Source: Myxococcota bacterium (GTDB lineage: Bacteria; Myxococcota_A; UBA9160; SZUA-336). Taken from it: a stretch of DNA of 64,000 nt. Position 1 is the first letter of the stretch, and the number at the start of each line of letters is the position of its first letter. This document shows, one piece after another, positions 36,492-46,228 of the stretch. The notes beneath the pieces were generated by a model. It worked only from the letters and a program-made list of their open reading frames with translations, was not told the DNA's origin and searched no databases. The stretch is taken from contig CBDFGR010000003.1 in assembly GCA_965247115.1 (NCBI GenBank), positions 832,001 to 896,000 on the forward strand. The letters are read 5' to 3'. A program made the position numbers and the translations under genes.

Positions 36492-37117
36492 GTGCGTTCT
36501 CCTGCTCCAATTCCGTTTACGAACATGCCCACGATCGCGGCAACCTCGGCGGCGGTCGAAGTCGGTTCCGCCTGTCGGAGTCGCTCGGTGATCGCGCCCC
36601 TTGTCAGCTCGACCAGCGCCCGGGCAGCGCGTCGCGAGTCGATCTTCCGGAAGGCACCCGCGCGGATGCCCCGTTCGATCAGGCCGACGAGAAAGTGGAG
36701 GTAGGCTTCTGTGTGCGGCTGCAAGTCCCGGAGCAAAGACCCGCCGCTGGTGCCGAGCTGCGGCCAGGTCTCGAGCGATTCGAAGAACGCGCGCTGGTCC
36801 TCCGAGTGCTCAAGCCAGGCTTGGACCACCGCGCACAGCTTGGCGTGGGGACCGCGGGCTCGCCGCGCGGCGTTGCGCGACCGATCGATCAAGAGCCCGA
36901 AGCCGTACTTCAGCGCTTCGACCAGGAGGGCGTCCTTGCCCTCGAAGTACAGATAGATCGTCCCCTTGGAGATACCCGCCTCCTGAGCGATGCGTTCCAT
37001 GGAGGCCTCAGCAAAGCCGATCTCCGCGATCACCCGCCTGGCCGCCCCGAGGATCTCCGAGGTTCGGAAGTCCCGGATCACCTGCTCCTTGGTTCTCACC
37101 GGCTGGTCCAGCTGCAT
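36488..37117 (-). CDS. TetR/AcrR family transcriptional regulator
   Basis: ILGAARRVIAEIGF, SMERIAQEAGISKGTIYLYF. Confidence 0.95.
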   Translation of the reverse strand: MQLDQPVRTKEQVIRDFRTSEILGAARRVIAEIGFAEASMERIAQEAGISKGTIYLYFEGKDALLVEALKYGFGLLIDRSRNAARRARGPHAKLCAVVQAWLEHSEDQRAFFESLETWPQLGTSGGSLLRDLQPHTEAYLHFLVGLIERGIRAGAFRKIDSRRAARALVELTRGAITERLRQAEPTSTAAEVAAIVGMFVNGIGAGERT

Positions 37118-37126
37118 GGATGTCCC

Positions 37127-37179
37127 GTCAGTTAAATGACCTATCGGTCAGCGTAGACTCATCGATCCGTCGATTGCAA
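37127..37179 (-). promoter_or_regulatory. Putative tetR promoter and autoregulatory operator
   Basis: Minus strand TTGCAA-N18-TACGCT (37179-37150), followed by palindrome TGACC-N4-GGTCA (37137-37150) and a further GTCA half-site at 37127. Confidence 0.6.
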
Positions 37180-37266
37180 GCGACAGACGGGCCCGCACGA
37201 CCCTTCGAAACCCGGGTAGGATTGCGGTCGACCTCGCTCGGCGAGCGCACGGAAAGGAGGAGCGGC

Positions 37267-39468
37267 ATGCGTGGCCCTCTCGACAGGATCAAGCTGCATG
37301 CGACCGCCACTGCGATCCTCGTACTCGTGACGCGAGCGGCCGCCGCCGACCCGGGAACCGGCTTCTTCCCCTCGTCGCTATCGTCCCAGCAGCAAGCGGA
37401 AGCAACGTTCCTCGCAACGCCAACTCCCGAGAAGGCGCGGGCCTGGCTCGCGTTTCTCACGGAGGAGCCCCACGTCGCGGGCACGGAGCAGCAGCGCCTG
37501 ATCGCGGAGTACCTGCGCGAGCAGCTCGAGAGCTTCGGGCTGGAGACCGAGATGGTCCGCTACGACGTCTTCCTGAACTACCCGCGCTCGGTGTCCCTGC
37601 GCCTGACGGAGCCGGAGGAGATCGAGCTCGCGCTGATCGAGGACTTCTACGCGGAAGACAAGGATTCGGCCAAGAGCAACGTCCTGCCTGGCTTTCACGG
37701 CTACGGCGCGGCAGGCACGGCCACCGGACAGGTCGTCTATGCGAACTACGGCACCCGCGCGGACTTCGAGCGGCTCGAAAAGATGGGCGTCTCCGTGTCA
37801 GGACGCATCGTGCTCGCACGCTACGGCAGTGTCTTGCGCGGCCTGAAGGTGAAAGAGGCCGAGCAGCGCGGGGCCGCCGGAGTGGTGATCTACTCCGACC
37901 CCGCGGACGATGGCTACATGAAAGGAGACGTCTATCCGCAGGGTCCCATGCGCCCACCCTCGGCCATCCAGCGCGGCTCCGTCCAGTATCTGACCTTGCA
38001 GCCCGGCGACCCGAGCACGCCCGGCTACCCGTCAACTCCGCGCGCGAGACGCGTCTCGCGCGATCGCATGCAGACCGTGCCGAGAATTCCGTCGCTTCCG
38101 ATCAGCTATCGCGAGGCGGAGAAGGTGCTCCGCCGCCTCGGTGGAGCGCGCGTTCCGGACGAGTGGCAAGGTGGGTTGCCCTTCGCGTACCACATCGGAC
38201 CTGGCGGAGCCGCGCTCGAGCTGCAGGTCGATCTGGATGAGGGGCTCCGCTCCATCTTCAACGTCTTCGGTCGGATTCGTGGCAGCGAAGAGCCGGAGCG
38301 CCAGGTGATCATCGGAAACCACGCGGATGCCTGGACTCACGGGGCCGTCGATCCGAACTCGGGAACCGCCACCTGGCTGGAAACGGCGCGCGGCCTTGCC
38401 GAAGCCGTGAAGACGGGCTGGAAGCCGCGCCGCAGCATCCTGCTCGCGAGCTGGGACGCGGAGGAGTACGGGCTGGTGGGATCGACCGAGTGGGGTGAGG
38501 CGAACGCCACCGAGCTCAGGGAGAACACGGTCGCGTACATCAACCTCGACTCGTCGGTGACCGGCCCGAAGCTTGCCGTCAGCGGCACTCCCTCGCTGCA
38601 CGACCTGGTGCGAGACGCGGCGAACGACGTGAGCGAGCCGCTCAAAGGGAGCAGCGTCGGCGCGGCATGGGAGCGCGAGCTGCGAGCGCGCTGGGCAACG
38701 GTGAGCCCCGTCGAGCTCTCTGACCCGGACTCGGCGTTCTTCCCGGTCCTCGAACCACTTGGCTCTGGATCCGACTACACCGTGTTCCTGGACCACCTCG
38801 GAATCCCCTCCGTGACTTTCAGTTTCACTGGAAAGTACGGCGTCTATCACTCGATGTACGACAACTTTGCGTGGATGGAGCGCTTCGGCGATCCGCAGTT
38901 CCTCTATCACGCGGTGGCAGCGCGCTTCTACGGTCTGATGGCGATGCGGCTGGCCGCCGCCGAGGTCGTTCCCCTGCGCTTCGGCTCCTACGCGCTCGCT
39001 CTGCGCCTCCATCTCGACGAGCTTCGGCGCAAGACCATCCGCAAGCTGCGTGGCGCTGAGGACGCGAGCACAGCGGCGACACCCGCCGCGATCAAGCCGG
39101 ACTACGGCCCTGTTGTGGCAGCTCTGCAGCGGCTCGAAGTTGCGGGGGTCGCGCTCGACGCGGAGCTCGACGGGCTCGTGCAGCGCGAGGATGCACTGGC
39201 CGCAGCGCGTGTCAGCGAGGCTTTGATCCGACTCGAACGCACCTTCCTCAGTGAGGACGGCTTGCCCGGTCGGTCCTGGTTTCGACACCTGCTCTACGCT
39301 CCGGGCCTCACCACAGGCTACGCAGCATGGGCGTTCCCCGAGCTGACCGAGGCCGTCGAGAATGCAGACCCGGTGCTCTTCGAGCGGGGCACGGGTCGCG
39401 TGGTGGCGGCGCTCGAGGCGGCCACGGAACAGCTCAGGCGCGCGACCTCGCTCGCAAGGAGACCCTGA
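37267..39468 (+). CDS. M28 peptidase, glutamate carboxypeptidase II / transferrin-receptor-like
   Basis: EPHVAGT, PA domain YANYG...RYG...KV...YSDP, QRGSV, GNHADAW, GAVDPNSG, SWDAEEYGLVGSTEW, GSGSDY, YHSMYD. AAGGAGG RBS before ATG 37267. Confidence 0.95.
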   Translation: MRGPLDRIKLHATATAILVLVTRAAAADPGTGFFPSSLSSQQQAEATFLATPTPEKARAWLAFLTEEPHVAGTEQQRLIAEYLREQLESFGLETEMVRYDVFLNYPRSVSLRLTEPEEIELALIEDFYAEDKDSAKSNVLPGFHGYGAAGTATGQVVYANYGTRADFERLEKMGVSVSGRIVLARYGSVLRGLKVKEAEQRGAAGVVIYSDPADDGYMKGDVYPQGPMRPPSAIQRGSVQYLTLQPGDPSTPGYPSTPRARRVSRDRMQTVPRIPSLPISYREAEKVLRRLGGARVPDEWQGGLPFAYHIGPGGAALELQVDLDEGLRSIFNVFGRIRGSEEPERQVIIGNHADAWTHGAVDPNSGTATWLETARGLAEAVKTGWKPRRSILLASWDAEEYGLVGSTEWGEANATELRENTVAYINLDSSVTGPKLAVSGTPSLHDLVRDAANDVSEPLKGSSVGAAWERELRARWATVSPVELSDPDSAFFPVLEPLGSGSDYTVFLDHLGIPSVTFSFTGKYGVYHSMYDNFAWMERFGDPQFLYHAVAARFYGLMAMRLAAAEVVPLRFGSYALALRLHLDELRRKTIRKLRGAEDASTAATPAAIKPDYGPVVAALQRLEVAGVALDAELDGLVQREDALAAARVSEALIRLERTFLSEDGLPGRSWFRHLLYAPGLTTGYAAWAFPELTEAVENADPVLFERGTGRVVAALEAATEQLRRATSLARRP

Positions 39469-40637
39469 TGGATTTCGAGCTGCCGGAAGAGGCACGGATG
39501 CTCCAGGATCTGGTCCAGAAGTTCGTGGCCAACGAGCTCTTGCCGCTGGAGCCCGCCGTCCTCGAACGCGAGGCCCGCGGCGAGCAGGTGCGGCTGACAC
39601 CGGAGGAGATCGCGCCGCTCCACGACAAGTGCAGGGAGATCGGGCTCTGGGGGCTGGACGTCCCGCCCGAGCTCGGCGGCGAGGACATCGGAACGGTGGC
39701 AAAGATCTGTGTCAGTGGGGAGCTGGCCAAGACGATCGTGCCCTTCGTGTTCCCCCCGGACTCCCCGAATCTCCACATGCTGATCGCGACCGTGAACGAG
39801 GACCAGCGGGAGCGATATCTGCTGCCCTACGCGAGGGGAGAGACGGTCTCGGCGATCGCCATCTCCGAGCCCGGAGCCGGCTCCGACCCATCCGGCATGA
39901 CGACCCACGCCGAGCGTGACGGCGACGGCTGGCGGATCAACGGCCGCAAGATCTGGATCAGCCGTGCACCCGAGGCAGACTTCACCATTGCGATGGCGCG
40001 CACGGATCCGGGCGTCGAGGGACGAGACGGCATCACTGCCTTCTTGGTCGATCGCGACACTCCGGGCTTCGAGGTCGGCACAGCGCACCCGATGCTGGGC
40101 GGCTACTGCACATACGAGGTCGCCTTCGACAACTGTCGTGTGTCGGACGACCAGGTGCTGGGGCGAGTGGGCGGAGGCTTTGCCCCCATGCAGCTGCGGC
40201 TGACGGTGCGGCGCCTGGAGATGGGAGCGTGGTCCGTCGCGATGGCGCAGCGTGCGCTCGACATGATGGTGCAGCACGCGAAGTCACGCCGGACCTTCGG
40301 CACGCTGCTCGCCGATCGGCAAGCAATCCAGTGGTGGATCGCGGACGCCGCAACCCAGATTCACGCAGCCGAGCTCATGGTGCGGGAGGCCGCGTGGAAG
40401 GTGGAGCGCGGCGACGACGTGCGAACCGAAGCCTCGATGATCAAGGTGTTCTCCACCGAGATGGCGACGGACGTCATCGACCACGCCATCCAGACCTTCG
40501 GCGCCATGGGCATCGCGAAGGAAACACCGCTCCACCTGATGTACCAGCAGCTCCGCGCCTACCGCATCTTCGAAGGCCCCACCGAAGTCCACCGCTGGGT
40601 CATCGCCCGCCGCACCCTCCGCAACGCCCCCGACTAG
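39468..40637 (+). CDS. Acyl-CoA dehydrogenase
   Basis: AISEPGAGSD, INGRKIWIS, FGTLLADRQAIQW, IQTFGAMG, RIFEGPTEVHR. TGATG coupling to the peptidase. Confidence 0.95.
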   Translation: MDFELPEEARMLQDLVQKFVANELLPLEPAVLEREARGEQVRLTPEEIAPLHDKCREIGLWGLDVPPELGGEDIGTVAKICVSGELAKTIVPFVFPPDSPNLHMLIATVNEDQRERYLLPYARGETVSAIAISEPGAGSDPSGMTTHAERDGDGWRINGRKIWISRAPEADFTIAMARTDPGVEGRDGITAFLVDRDTPGFEVGTAHPMLGGYCTYEVAFDNCRVSDDQVLGRVGGGFAPMQLRLTVRRLEMGAWSVAMAQRALDMMVQHAKSRRTFGTLLADRQAIQWWIADAATQIHAAELMVREAAWKVERGDDVRTEASMIKVFSTEMATDVIDHAIQTFGAMGIAKETPLHLMYQQLRAYRIFEGPTEVHRWVIARRTLRNAPD

Positions 40638-40653
40638 CTATACGCACGCCCAC

Positions 40654-41397
40654 CTACACCGGAGACGCCCGCGCCCCCCCAGGCACCTCCAAGGGATCGA
40701 TCAACCCGCCACGGCGCCAACCCTGGGCCAGCAGCCACGTGTGAGCACCTGCGACTGGCCGAGCGCCAAAATCGCGCCGAACCAGCGCCGTCCCTCTCTT
40801 CCAGCCGTCAAACCAACGCCCGGATGAGGCCGAATCGATGCCGCGGAGCGCCGCGCGGCGATGCCGTGCCGCGTTGAGCAGCACGTACCGGATCGCGTTC
40901 CGAACTTCTCGCGGGGTCTTCAACACCCGCATATGGTAACGATCCGCAAGCAACCCCCCTCGCCACCCGAACGCACTCCCCATCGCCCCCAACATCCTCC
41001 TGGTGAACGACTTCATCCCCCGACCGAGCGCACCCCGATCCTTCGCCTCAACGATAAGGTGCGCGTGATCCCGCAAGAGCGCGTAGTGCACCACCCGAAA
41101 CTCTCCCCGGTCGCACCCACGCGCCAACGTCTCCTCAAACGCCCGCACAAATGCGGGAGCCCGCAATGACGGAGCACCATCGCGCACGCGCAGGGTCACG
41201 TGGCATGGATGCCTCGATGCGAAACTCCGCCGACTTCGGTGGCGGACCAGCGGATTCGGCCCAGGCTTACGTCCCGCTCCCTCGCGCCGCCCGCCATGAC
41301 GCGCCCGAAGCCGTAGAATAAGGGAGAGCTGTCGGTCTGACTTCTTCAATATATTCACCAATCGGTGTAGATTAGGGCTTTCTATTAATTGTGTCAA
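40654..41397 (-). mobile_element. HUH Y1 transposase, IS200/RAYT-like
   Basis: HVTLR, VVHYALLRDHAHLIVEA (HUH), ADRYH, RNAIRYVLLN (catalytic Tyr); no tnpB nearby. True start is probably nearer 41358. Confidence 0.85.
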
Positions 41398-41752
41398 GGT
41401 TCAGACCTGGTAGATGGTTGACGTTTCAGACTCGAAACATCCGTGACACTCTTCTTGCTGTGGTTAGCAAAGGAGGAGCGATGCCCTGGGCGGAGACATC
41501 AGCCATGGAAGGACATGTGCGATTCAATCGGTTCCGGCATATCTACAACGAGGAATGGCCACACGAAGCCCTCGGCCAGGTCCCTCCTGAAAAGACGTGG
41601 CGCCCCTCGGCTCGAGCGTTTCCGAGCAGATCCCTCTTCCGGAGTATCCCGAACACTATGAGAAGCGATGTATCTCCATAGGAGGGACCTTCGCAATGCA
41701 GGCCAGCCGAACTGGTCGTTACAACGAGGAAGAGCGGAAAGTCTTCGGGTAA
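41392..41752 (+). mobile_element. Internally deleted IS481-family remnant
   Basis: TGT-initiated end with two TCAGAC...TGAC sub-repeats (41401, 41426); AGGAGG RBS; MPWAETSAMEGHVRF fused directly to RFRHIYNEEWPHEALGQVPP; then a GRYNEEERKVFG* tail. The DDE core is missing. Confidence 0.75.
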
Positions 41753-42210
41753 GACCGGGCTCCTACGAGCCCGTATCTCGAAGCTAAGGACATCAAAGGA
41801 AACAGAGAAGAAGGCCGAGTGTTGGCGTCGGTCGAACGTCGGATCCTGCGTCTGCGGGAATGCCGTTCGTCGGATTCAAGGTTGCCGACCAAAGCTTTGA
41901 GTGGCTGTTTCCGGGCTGTTAGGAGCGAGCGGTTCAGTTGCTCTTCTGGTGAGCCGGCCATCGGTACGCGTGGGGAGAGTTGCCCTCAGATCCTCGCTGG
42001 AACGAGGTTCTGCTGCTTATCAACCATCCGACAGCGCACCGGGAGTAGCCGTGAAGCAGGGGCTCAGCTAGCTCCGACTTCTTGTGCTCCTCTGGAATGA
42101 CCACGGGAGCTGCGGAAGCGGCCGCGCCAGGTAGGAACAGTGCTGCAGCCCGCGCCTTGGGGGGGAGTCGCCTACATCGGTAACAGAGCAGTCCTGTAGG
42201 GCGCAGCGGG

Positions 42211-42897
42211 TCAAGGGGCCTTCATCTGCTGGAGTACGGGGCCCAGCACCTTCCAGACGTTGTCCGCGATCGTGCGGTGGCCGGCTGCGTTCGGGTGAAT
42301 GCCGTCGACCTGGTTGAGCTCCGGGACGGCGGCGACACCGTCCAGGAGGACGGGGATGAATGCGGCGCGGTTCTCGAGGGCGAGATCTGCGAAGACGCGC
42401 GCGAACGCGTCCGCATAGGCATCCCCCAGGTTCGGTGCTGCGCGCATTCCGGCGATCACAATCCGGGTCTCCCCATTCTCCGAGAGCGTGCGATCGATGA
42501 TTTCTTGCAGATTCGCATGCATCGCCGCGAGGTCCTGGCCGCGCAGCATGTCGTTCGCCCCGAGCTCCAGGACCAGTACGCCGACAGGCTGGCGGAGCAG
42601 CCAGTCGATGCGTCGCAGTCCGCCCGCGGAGGTGTCGCCACTCACGCCGGCGTTGATCACGCGGAAACCCAGCACCTCCTCGTCGACCCTCTGCTGGATC
42701 AACGCGGGGAAGGACTGATCGGAGGGAACTCCCAGACCTGCAGTGAGGCTGGTCCCGAGGAAGGCAACGACCGGCCGAGTGTCTCTCGGCTCCGACGCCA
42801 CTGGCAGGGCGGGTGCAGGGTCGGCGCGTGGCGCTGCGGGCTCGCACGCCACTGTCATTGCCAGGAGGGGAGCGTACAGTAAGAGCCTCGTGAGCAT
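42211..42897 (-). CDS. SGNH/GDSL arylesterase (TesA-like lipoprotein)
   Basis: FLGTSLTAG, NAGVSGDTS, LELGAND, DGIHPN; possible lipobox TVAC. Start moved to 42897. Confidence 0.92.
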   Translation of the reverse strand: MLTRLLLYAPLLAMTVACEPAAPRADPAPALPVASEPRDTRPVVAFLGTSLTAGLGVPSDQSFPALIQQRVDEEVLGFRVINAGVSGDTSAGGLRRIDWLLRQPVGVLVLELGANDMLRGQDLAAMHANLQEIIDRTLSENGETRIVIAGMRAAPNLGDAYADAFARVFADLALENRAAFIPVLLDGVAAVPELNQVDGIHPNAAGHRTIADNVWKVLGPVLQQMKAP

Positions 42898-43576
42898 GAT
42901 CGTTGCGAAGGACCTCGAGCAGACGTATCTGAGTGGCGGCCGACCCTTGACCGTCCTCCGCGACGTCAACCTTTCGATCGAGCACCGGGAAGTCGTTGCC
43001 ATTGTCGGGCCCTCCGGCAGTGGGAAGACCACGCTGCTGGGTCTCTTCGCCGGCCTCGACCTGCCCTCGGCCGGAAGCGTGACCCTAGACGGACAGAACC
43101 TGAGCGAGCTCTCCGAGGATGAACGTGCACTCTTGCGAGCCCAGAGCGTAGGCTTCGTCTTCCAGAGTTTCCAGCTGATCCCGACGCTCACTGCTCTCGA
43201 AAATGTGCTCGTCCCGCTGGAGCTGCTCCCAGGCGGAGTCTCGGGCGGCGAGGACCGCGCGGCCGAGCTGCTGGAACGCGTTGGGCTCGGTGCCCGGTTC
43301 GATCACTACCCCGCTCAGCTCTCGGGCGGCGAGCAGCAGCGCGTCGGACTCGCGCGCGCGTTCGCGAACGATCCCGCAATTCTCTTTGCCGACGAGCCGA
43401 CCGGAAACCTGGACGCTGACACGGGGCGCCATGTGATCGAGCTATTGCTCGAGCTCAATCGAGAGAGCGGGACCACGCTCGTTCTCGTCACGCATGACTT
43501 CGACCTGGCGTCGAGGTCGCAACGTACCGTGCGTCTGTCGGGCGGACGCGTGATCAGCGACGAGAAGTCCGGTTGA
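42896..43576 (+). CDS. ABC transporter ATP-binding protein (YbbA-like)
   Basis: [47 protein letters not shown]. Confidence 0.94.
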   Translation: MIVAKDLEQTYLSGGRPLTVLRDVNLSIEHREVVAIVGPSGSGKTTLLGLFAGLDLPSAGSVTLDGQNLSELSEDERALLRAQSVGFVFQSFQLIPTLTALENVLVPLELLPGGVSGGEDRAAELLERVGLGARFDHYPAQLSGGEQQRVGLARAFANDPAILFADEPTGNLDADTGRHVIELLLELNRESGTTLVLVTHDFDLASRSQRTVRLSGGRVISDEKSG

Positions 43577-46125
43577 GCCTTCGCTTCTCGCTGGCCATGG
43601 CCCGGCGCGAGAGTCGGGCAACGCGTCGACGGCTGGTACTCTATATGGGCTCGATTGTCGCCGGCGTCGCAGCGCTGGTCGCGATCAGCTCGTTTCGATC
43701 CAGCGTCGACGCGGGAGTACACGCCCAATCCCGCTCGCTCCTAGGCGCGGACTTGCAGCTCTCCAGCCGCTCCCCGTTTGGAGCAGAGCTCGAGCCGCTC
43801 TTTGCTGCACTCGAGCGCATTGGCAGCCGCCCCGCCTACGTCACGCGCTTCTCCTCGATGGCGCTGGCGGAGCCCTCCCAGCGAACGCGGATGGTCTACG
43901 TCCAGGCCGTCTCCGAGGGATATCCCTACTACGGCGAGATCGTGACGGAGCCCGCGGACCTGTGGGAAGGGTTCCGATCCTCGCGCCGGGTCCTGGTCGA
44001 TCCCGCGGCACTGATCCAGCTGGATGCCAACGTCGGTGACACGCTCGCAATCGGCGCTACGCGCTTCGAGATCGCAGGCACGATTGCTCGTGCACCCGGT
44101 GATGTCGCAGTGCGCGAGGCCATCGCGCCAAGGGTCGTCATCCCGTCTACCTACCTGGAGGAGACAGGCCTGCTGCGCACAGGCAGCCTGGTGCTCTACT
44201 CCGCCTACTTCCGCGTTCCCGACGCTGCGGCGCTCGAGCTGCTACTCGCGGATCACGAGGAGCTCCTCCGCAACCGACGCGTGCGCCACGAGACGGTCAC
44301 GGAGTACGCCAACGAGCTGAGTGCCAGCATCGGGCGCCTGGCCAGCTTCCTTGGCCTGGTCGGACTCGTCGCCCTGCTTCTCGGCGGAGTGGGCGTCGCC
44401 ACAGGGGTACACGTGTTCGCGACAGAGAAGCTGGACACTGCAGCCGTTCTGCGCTGCCTCGGCGCCCGCCAGACCCAGGTGTTCTCGATCTACGTCCTCC
44501 AGGCCGGCGCACTCGGCCTGATCGGAAGTGTTCTGGGAACCGCGCTGGGCCTCGGCGTGCAGGCCGCCCTGCCCTTCATCCTGCGCGACTTCCTGCCACT
44601 GGACGTGCGTTTCCGCGTGGATCCGGCCGCAGTGGCAGCGGGTCTCACACTGGGATTGTGGGTCGCACTGCTCTTCTCGGTCCTGCCCCTGCTCCAGATC
44701 AGAGGCGTCGCGCCCCTGCGCGCGTTGCGCCGAGACTTCGAGCAGGGGCCGAGCCGGCGGGATCCCTGGCAGCGCGCGCTCCTCGGCGCGATGGTCGTGA
44801 GCCTCGTCGTGATCTCGCTGTGGCAGGCGCCCAGCCCGATCATCGGCCTCTGGTTCGCGGGTGGCCTGGCCGCCTCCATACTCTTGCTCGGCCTGGCCGC
44901 CGCGGTCTTCATGCGGAGCACGCGGCGCTTCTTCCCCCGGCGTGCCCCCTACTGGATGCGGCAGGGCGTTGCGAACCTGTTTCGTCCGCAGAACCAGACG
45001 CTCGCCGTCACTCTCGCGCTGGGCCTCGGCGTTTTCCTGATCGCGGCGCTCCACGTGGTGCAGCGAAACCTTCTGCACCAGCTCAGCGTCGATCGCGGGC
45101 CCGGCCGACCCAACCTGGCAACCTTCGACATACAGCTCGATCAGCAGGCGGGGGTTGCTGCGCTGCTCCGGGAGCACGGGGCGGAGGTCCTGGAGCAGAC
45201 CCCAATCGTGCCGGCTCGAATCTCGCGCCTTCGCGGGACGCCGGTGGACACCCTCCTCGCGGGCGACTCCCGCGACCGCGGCTACCGCTGGGCGCTGCGA
45301 CGGGAGTACCGCCTGACGTATCGGGCGGAGATACGCGAATCGGAACGCCTGATCGACGGCGAGTGGTGGCGACCGGAGTCCAGACGGGAGACCGGTGTGC
45401 ATCGGATCTCGTTCGAGCGGGACCTCGCCTCGGATCTCGGTGTCGGAGTGGGGGATCGGATCAGCTGGGACATCCAGGGGGTCAACGTGGAGACGGAGGT
45501 CGTCAATCTTCGAACGGTGGACTGGGCCCGCTTCGAGACGAACTTCTTCGCGGTCTTTGAGCCGGGCGTGCTCGAGACAGCTCCGCAGAGCCTCGTGATC
45601 CTGGCGCGGATGGAGGGCGCGAACGCCCGCGCGCTGCTTCAACGCGATCTCGTCGCGCGCTTTCCCAACATCTCCGTGCTCGACGCCACCATGATGCTGC
45701 AAGCCATCGACGGCATCCTGGAAAAGGTCGCATTCGCCATTCGCTTCATGGCACTGTTCGCGATCGCGAGCGGCGTGGTGATTCTGGTGGGAACGATCTC
45801 GACCTCTCGCTACCAGCGGGCGCGAGAGTCCGTGCTTCTTCGCACTCTGGGCGGCCAGGCGAGCACGCTGCGGCGCATCCTCGGCACGGAGTACTTCGCA
45901 CTGGGCGTCCTTTCCGGCCTGGTCGGCGTGCTCTTGGCCTGCGTGGCCGGCTGGGCCTTGATGCGCTTCCTGTTCGAGCAGAACGCGGTCATTCCCGTGA
46001 CGGACCTTGCTCTGCTCATGGCCGCGGCTGCGATCGCCAGTGCCGGAATCGGGCTGTTCCAGGGCCGCGATGCGCTGCGGCGCACACCTCTCGCCGGCCT
46101 GCGGGAGGTGGCGGGGCCGCGGTGA
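43573..46125 (+). CDS. ABC transporter permease (YbbP-like, two FtsX domains)
   Basis: LLGADL, YPYYG, LRCLGA, FDIQ, LRREYRLTY, RTVDW...NFF, LLRTLG; synteny with tesA- and ybbA-like genes. Confidence 0.92.
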   Translation: MSLRFSLAMARRESRATRRRLVLYMGSIVAGVAALVAISSFRSSVDAGVHAQSRSLLGADLQLSSRSPFGAELEPLFAALERIGSRPAYVTRFSSMALAEPSQRTRMVYVQAVSEGYPYYGEIVTEPADLWEGFRSSRRVLVDPAALIQLDANVGDTLAIGATRFEIAGTIARAPGDVAVREAIAPRVVIPSTYLEETGLLRTGSLVLYSAYFRVPDAAALELLLADHEELLRNRRVRHETVTEYANELSASIGRLASFLGLVGLVALLLGGVGVATGVHVFATEKLDTAAVLRCLGARQTQVFSIYVLQAGALGLIGSVLGTALGLGVQAALPFILRDFLPLDVRFRVDPAAVAAGLTLGLWVALLFSVLPLLQIRGVAPLRALRRDFEQGPSRRDPWQRALLGAMVVSLVVISLWQAPSPIIGLWFAGGLAASILLLGLAAAVFMRSTRRFFPRRAPYWMRQGVANLFRPQNQTLAVTLALGLGVFLIAALHVVQRNLLHQLSVDRGPGRPNLATFDIQLDQQAGVAALLREHGAEVLEQTPIVPARISRLRGTPVDTLLAGDSRDRGYRWALRREYRLTYRAEIRESERLIDGEWWRPESRRETGVHRISFERDLASDLGVGVGDRISWDIQGVNVETEVVNLRTVDWARFETNFFAVFEPGVLETAPQSLVILARMEGANARALLQRDLVARFPNISVLDATMMLQAIDGILEKVAFAIRFMALFAIASGVVILVGTISTSRYQRARESVLLRTLGGQASTLRRILGTEYFALGVLSGLVGVLLACVAGWALMRFLFEQNAVIPVTDLALLMAAAAIASAGIGLFQGRDALRRTPLAGLREVAGPR

Positions 46126-46228
46126 CCGGGCGAAGCCGAGAGAAGCTCCGGAGGAGATCCGTACCCAGGTTCGGTTTCCTGGCTCGTTTCGTGCGCACGC
46201 GGATGCGGGATCTGGGACAATCGGGAGC

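Noticed and set aside
36601..37266. Long N-terminal extensions in the ORF track (M28 peptidase here; also 20991-22232, 31440-32936, 42211-43191, 52831-54729)
   Set aside because: The extensions overlap opposite-strand genes; internal starts, most with an RBS, match the family N-termini, so these are not real fusions.
41753..42210. Unassigned ~450-bp stretch after the IS remnant with short ORFs
   Set aside because: No recognisable motif, codon bias or repeat; cannot support a call.
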